DNA of 64,000 nt from the NCBI GenBank assembly GCA_010093605.1, contig MU004187.1, positions 1,850,882 to 1,914,881 on the forward strand, given 5' to 3'. Every line of letters starts with the position of its first letter. Within the stretch, counting starts at the first letter, position 1. Positions 61,426 to 64,000 of the stretch are shown here, piece by piece. The position numbers and the translations under genes are program-made. Source of the stretch: Lophium mytilinum (Eukaryota). Under the pieces are notes generated by a model. It worked only from the letters and a program-made list of their open reading frames with translations, was not told where the DNA came from and made no database searches.

Positions 61426-62468
61426 TCAATCGTCTTCGTGGACGACCGCCATGTCCAGCACTTCGGCCCGGCCACGTCCTTTTGTTTGGCTTCCAATGAA
61501 CTCCGTAAGCGCCTTGTACGCACCAGGCTCGACAAAGCCAGTAACCTCCCACTCGTCCCCTGCAACGTCTTGCTTTTCGGTCTCCTCGACGTAGCTCAGG
61601 ATACGGTCTTTCACAGTACCATGTGCTTTCTCCTCGCCATCTGCGCTCTCCCCACCAGCCTTCGGAGGAGCCTTGACTGACTGCTTCAAGATGGGGGTAG
61701 GGCATGTTATCCTCAGCCTCATGCGAGCCCTCGACACGGGGATTGGCTGGTGAGCAATCAGAGCCTTCATCGCGTCCAAAGCCTGAGACTTAGCCGACTT
61801 CGTTGTGACCACGCCAGTCCACTTCGGTAGCTCTTTCGCTTTTCCTTTCGCCTCAGTAGCAGTAGCATCGTCGGCTGTCTTTGCAGCAGCATCGCTTGAT
61901 GCCGCATTCGCCTTTGCTTCGGCCTGCTGGGTCTGTATCTGGGAGCTGAGCTGGTCCAGGGCCTTGTCTATCATGCCGGTCGTGTAGACTCGCTTTGTCG
62001 TTGGGTCTACCAGTTTGCCAGCGACGATGTCGATGACCTCGTTGTGGATTCTCTCGAGTTGTGCATGCCTCTCCTTTTCTCCGACTTGGAGCTCGCCCTT
62101 GTTCAGTATTTCGAGTATGATGTCGTTCATCGGTGTCTTTGCTCCAAAGGACTTCGCGAGGTCCTGGTGCGGTGCGGCTTGGCCTTTGCTGACTGAGAGA
62201 AAGACATTGGGGATCTGGAGGACATTGTCGAGGTCCTTTTCTATGCCGCTCCTCCATTCGAGGACCTTGTTCTTGTAGCAGGCTATCTCGTAACGCTTCT
62301 TCCCTGACCAGGAATTAGAAGTGAACATCAAGAAGTATAGAACTGTTCTTACCCTTCTTCATCCGCACCAGAGACACATTTGTGAGCTTAATCTGGTTGG
62401 AAGGCTAACAGTGTCAGCTGGATAGACACAAGGAATGAGGTGCTATCTAATACCTGATTGATAGGCAT
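61426..62468 (-). CDS. SDO1: Ribosome maturation protein SDO1/SBDS
   Basis: MPINQ|PSNQIKLTNVSLVRMKKG|KKRYEIACYKNKVLEWR...VSKGQ...GELQVGEKER...RARMRLR. Confidence 0.96.
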
Positions 62469-62604
62469 TATGAATGGTTTCTCTTGTGTTAATTGTATTG
62501 TATCTGTGAGATGGGATGACTTTTGGTGGGGTGAAAATAGAGAGGGGTACTACTGTTCACTGGGCGCGTCACAAGGCTCTCCGCTGGCACTCTGCAGGAG
62601 CGAC

Positions 62605-62611
62605 TGACTCA
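62605..62611. promoter_or_regulatory. TGACTCA (Gcn4/CpcA/AP-1-type) site in the divergent SDO1/CPY promoter
   Basis: Perfect TGACTCA. Confidence 0.4.
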
Positions 62612-63096
62612 CAATACCTACCTACTACTGTACTAAACTCGCTCGGAAACTACAGTCTAGACTTCCGCTACTATCGACACGGACAGGTGCAACTCAGACA
62701 GCGTGCGTGCCATCGGGGTAGGCAGGTGAAACAACTCGATGCCTGGTCTGCCTGGTCGCGTTCCTGACCAAGGCAGGGCAGCGAGTCAGGCACCATCTTT
62801 GGTGGCTGGGGGTCACGAGTCGGGCTTAGCAGCTTCCCGATAAGCGGCCATCGGCCATCGGCGGCGGCGTCATCATCTGGTTGCCTTTGACAACACCTTC
62901 CATCTCTTATCCATCCTCATCCTCTCCATACACTCTTCCCATCCATCTTGCCCATTCTCCACTGTGCTCTTCATCATCTGAGGGGCTCCATTGTACACGT
63001 TTCTTTCACACATCCATCCTGATCGTTTCCAAGAGAGCTCCCAGCTGCCAGCGTTTAGAGCTCCGGAAGCTCCCCTAGCCGCCCATCGCCACCATC

Positions 63097-64000
63097 ATGA
63101 AGGTCGCGGCATCGTCTCTGCTCATCGGAGCAGCTTCTGCGGCTCTCATGCCGCAGCAGCAGCCTCTTCAGCTCCCCAAGGTCCTCACTGAGTCGACAAA
63201 GGAGTCATGGCTGAAGCCACTGCACAACCTAGAGGAGTCACTGAAGTCTCTCTCCGCCGACGCACGCGCCGTCTGGGACGAGGTTGCCTTGATGTTCCCC
63301 CAGTCGTTCGAGCAGGCCAACTTCTTTTCGCCGTCGAAGCCACACACACGCAAGCCTGACACGCATTGGGATCACATCATCAAGGGTGCTGATGTCCAGA
63401 GCGTGTGGGTTGAGAACGCCAACGGCGAGAAGGAGAGGGACGTTGATGGAAGGCTGGAAAGCTACAATCTCCGGACCAAGAAGGTCGACCCCAAGGCGCT
63501 GAATGTCGATAAGGTCAAGCAGTACAGCGGCTACCTCGACGATGAGGAAGACGACAAGCATCTATTTTACTGTATGTATACCATCAAACATCCAGTAGTA
63601 TCATGCTAACAATGCTGTTAGGGTTCTTCGAGTCTCGAAATGACCCCAAGAACGACCCCGTGGTTCTCTGGTTGAATGGTGGCCCAGGCTGCTCGTCCCT
63701 TACCGGCCTGTTCATGGAACTCGGCCCCTCCTCCATCAACAAGAAGGTCGAAACTGTATACAATGACTACTCCTGGAACAGCAATGCTTCAGTCATCTTC
63801 TTGGATCAGCCCGTCAATGTTGGATTCTCCTACTCTGGTGGGTCAGTGAGCAATACTGTTGCTGCAGGCAAGGATGTCTATGCGCTCCTCACCCTGTTCT
63901 TCAAGCAGTTCCCCGAGTATGCTACTCAGGACTTCCACATTGCTGGCGAGTCGTATGCCGGCCATTACATCCCAGTCTTCACTTCCGAGATCCTGTCCCA
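63097..64000 (+). CDS. cpyA: Vacuolar carboxypeptidase Y (serine carboxypeptidase S10), 3' end truncated by the window
   Basis: Signal peptide and propeptide, VKQYSGYLD...[43 protein letters not shown] and [14 protein letters not shown]. Confidence 0.96.

Overview
This is intron-rich genomic DNA from a filamentous ascomycete (Pezizomycotina). Most short ORFs in the track are exon fragments or antisense shadows. About 20 protein-coding genes can be reconstructed: a DUF2235/Tle1-like hydrolase, a peroxisomal amidase, glutamate decarboxylase, a Zn2Cys6 transcription factor, adenine deaminase, a DUF1989 protein, 2-isopropylmalate synthase, peroxisomal acyl-CoA thioesterase II head-to-head with CPS1/DIP2, a ferric/cupric reductase, an AA11 LPMO, a standalone BRCT protein, a SET-domain protein, a divergent RSE1/SF3B3, RPS18, SDO1, carboxypeptidase Y (cut off by the window edge) and several orphans. 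Features the ORF track does not show include a 338-bp pogo/Tc1-mariner-type MITE with perfect 24-bp TIRs, a decayed cytochrome P450 pseudogene interrupted by a solo-LTR-like segment, a Pol III-type tRNA-like element that does not fold canonically, and a highly structured RPS18 intron. There are also a GC-AG intron and a long Zn-cluster-splitting intron in the TF, and paired FarA-type CCTCGG sites upstream of both PTS1-bearing enzymes. I cannot demonstrate a wholly new biological system from the sequence alone. The best leads are listed as findings.
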